From contig OZ241830.1 in assembly GCA_965202585.1 (NCBI GenBank), forward strand, positions 26,288,001-26,352,000: 64,000 nucleotides of DNA, in the 5' to 3' direction. Both the position numbers and the translations under genes were made by a program. Positions 62,562 to 64,000 of this stretch are shown in pieces. Under the pieces are notes generated by a model. It was not told the DNA's origin, did not search any database, and saw nothing but the letters and a program-made list of their open reading frames with translations. The DNA is from Thalia democratica (lineage: Eukaryota). Positions within the stretch are counted from its first letter, which is position 1, and every line of letters starts with the position of its first letter.

Positions 62562-64000
62562 ATGATGGCAACAACGAACTGCTTTGACCCACTTCTAGCA
62601 GCAGGAAACAGTTTTATGACCAACCAACCGTTAACTTCCGGAATAAGTCAACCGTGTAAGATATATGACGTCACAAATCAACAAAACTTTTCAGCTACAA
62701 ATGGTCATTACATTAATGGTAACACATTGAATTTTTCGAACGGTATAATAGATTATTCGTTGTTAAATTCGGATTTCAATGACAATCAGGTTTGATTTGG
62801 TATAAAAAACTTATAAACAGCTACTAAATTAAATAGAATTTATTGAAATTTATTTTATTGAATATATTTTTCTCTTCGGATTTAGGGTGTAGCCTTAAAA
62901 AAACAATAGTGACCTCATATAAATATATTAAAAAAGGCTTCTTATAAAATTGTAATAAAAATAACGAACTGTTTTATAAACTTTATCAAGTTTTATAATG
63001 AAAATTTCGTTAATCTTTCTAGGTAGCTGTACAAACTGCTATCAACGCAGGCAAAATTCATCAAAATCTGCAGCTGCAAAGCTTCCAGCAATACCTACCT
63101 GCAATAGGGAACCCAGAAAGTAGAGCAAACTACCAGCAAATTACTTTAGCCAACACTCACAAGTCAGTGCAAAATGACTATCAAACACAACAAAAGAACA
63201 ATCTTGCTGTTGTTAACCAACAACAAATGCAGATGTTCCAGCAAAATGTTAATGACAAGTGTTACAACACAAGTTCTGTACAAAATCAAAATGTCAACCT
63301 AGGACTTGGGCAACATCAGTTTGCACAACAACCACAAATACAACAAGGTCAGCAGCATATTCCGTTGGTTCAAAATAACCAAACAAATACATTTTTGTTG
63401 AGTTTTATTCTTGAAAAACTAAAAAGTGTAACCTTATTTATTCTAACAGATCAAAAAAAAAGATATCCTCAGCAATACTTAATGCCACGAACTCACTCAC
63501 TTCATCAAACCAACGTGCAGAATAATGCTGGTATGAGCTTACACTTGAATTTTAAATTAGTATCTAAAAATTATTTATTTGCTTTTGTTAACAGACCTGA
63601 TAGCTGTACAACATAGTGGTGACCCTTTGCTAGTAAACAACAGACGAAAGGTAATAAAACAGACAGTTTTGTATTTAACTGGGAAATCGATCATTTTTAT
63701 GTACAAACTTTTTTTTTAGATTAGTGAAGCTGTGCTTTCAAGCTCAAACATTAAGAATTTTAATTTTGAATCATCTGACGGTGAAAGACCAGGACAGTAA
63801 GGATGTTTTATTTCTTAGAGCATTTACGACTTCTAGTAAATATACTCATTAACTCTAATATATAAAACTTTTATTTTTTATTAGAACAAAAATAAAGAGA
63901 GTAAAAAGTTTTGTATTATTTTTTTACAAACATGCGCATCAAATTTGAAATATGTTATAACTCCTTTTAGGACTCGTGTGAAATTTACAAGACTGCAGTT
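62562..64000 (+). CDS. Q-rich protein, probable homeobox transcription factor, truncated by the window end
   Basis: Phase-consistent exons 62562-62789, 63023-63530 (may contain a short intron), 63595-63650, 63720-63796, 63971 to end. The spliced end reads ...SSDGERPGQ-TRVKFTRLQ(L/F), matching homeodomain N-terminal arm and helix 1 positions R5, F8, T9, Q12, L13. The rest of the domain lies outside the window. Confidence 0.7.

Overview
Very AT-rich, intron-rich animal genomic DNA. Composition, short introns and repeat types are consistent with a hydrozoan such as Hydra (inference; no taxonomic marker was read). The ORF track shows only exon fragments, so I assembled genes by hand from GT-AG boundaries and intron phase. 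In order: (1) an unidentified type II membrane protein gene (minus, about 1.2-4.7 kb) with a hAT MITE in an intron; (2) a 13-exon SLC5A8/SLC5A12-like sodium:solute symporter (minus, 10035-18724) whose stop-codon region is tandemly repeated 4x34 bp; (3) two tandem 13-exon paralogues (23272-29437, 31679-38084) encoding about 605 and 615 aa type I membrane glycoproteins, probably with two LolA/ependymin-like domains; (4) a Q-rich gene ending in a highly divergent homeodomain that lacks R5 and N51 (41246-44675); (5) a candidate small-exon gene on the minus strand (45050-47394); (6) a secreted 7-Cys Spaetzle/neurotrophin-like cystine-knot gene (50313-51714); (7) an intronless GPI-anchored Ly6/three-finger gene (55014-55472); (8) a decayed poly(A)-tailed ORF; (9) a second Q-rich gene whose last visible exon starts a homeodomain at the window edge (62562-64000). 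Several hAT MITEs and two TGCACG-array foldback MITEs are present. No rRNA, tRNA or CRISPR array was seen. All family assignments come from motif recognition, not database searches.
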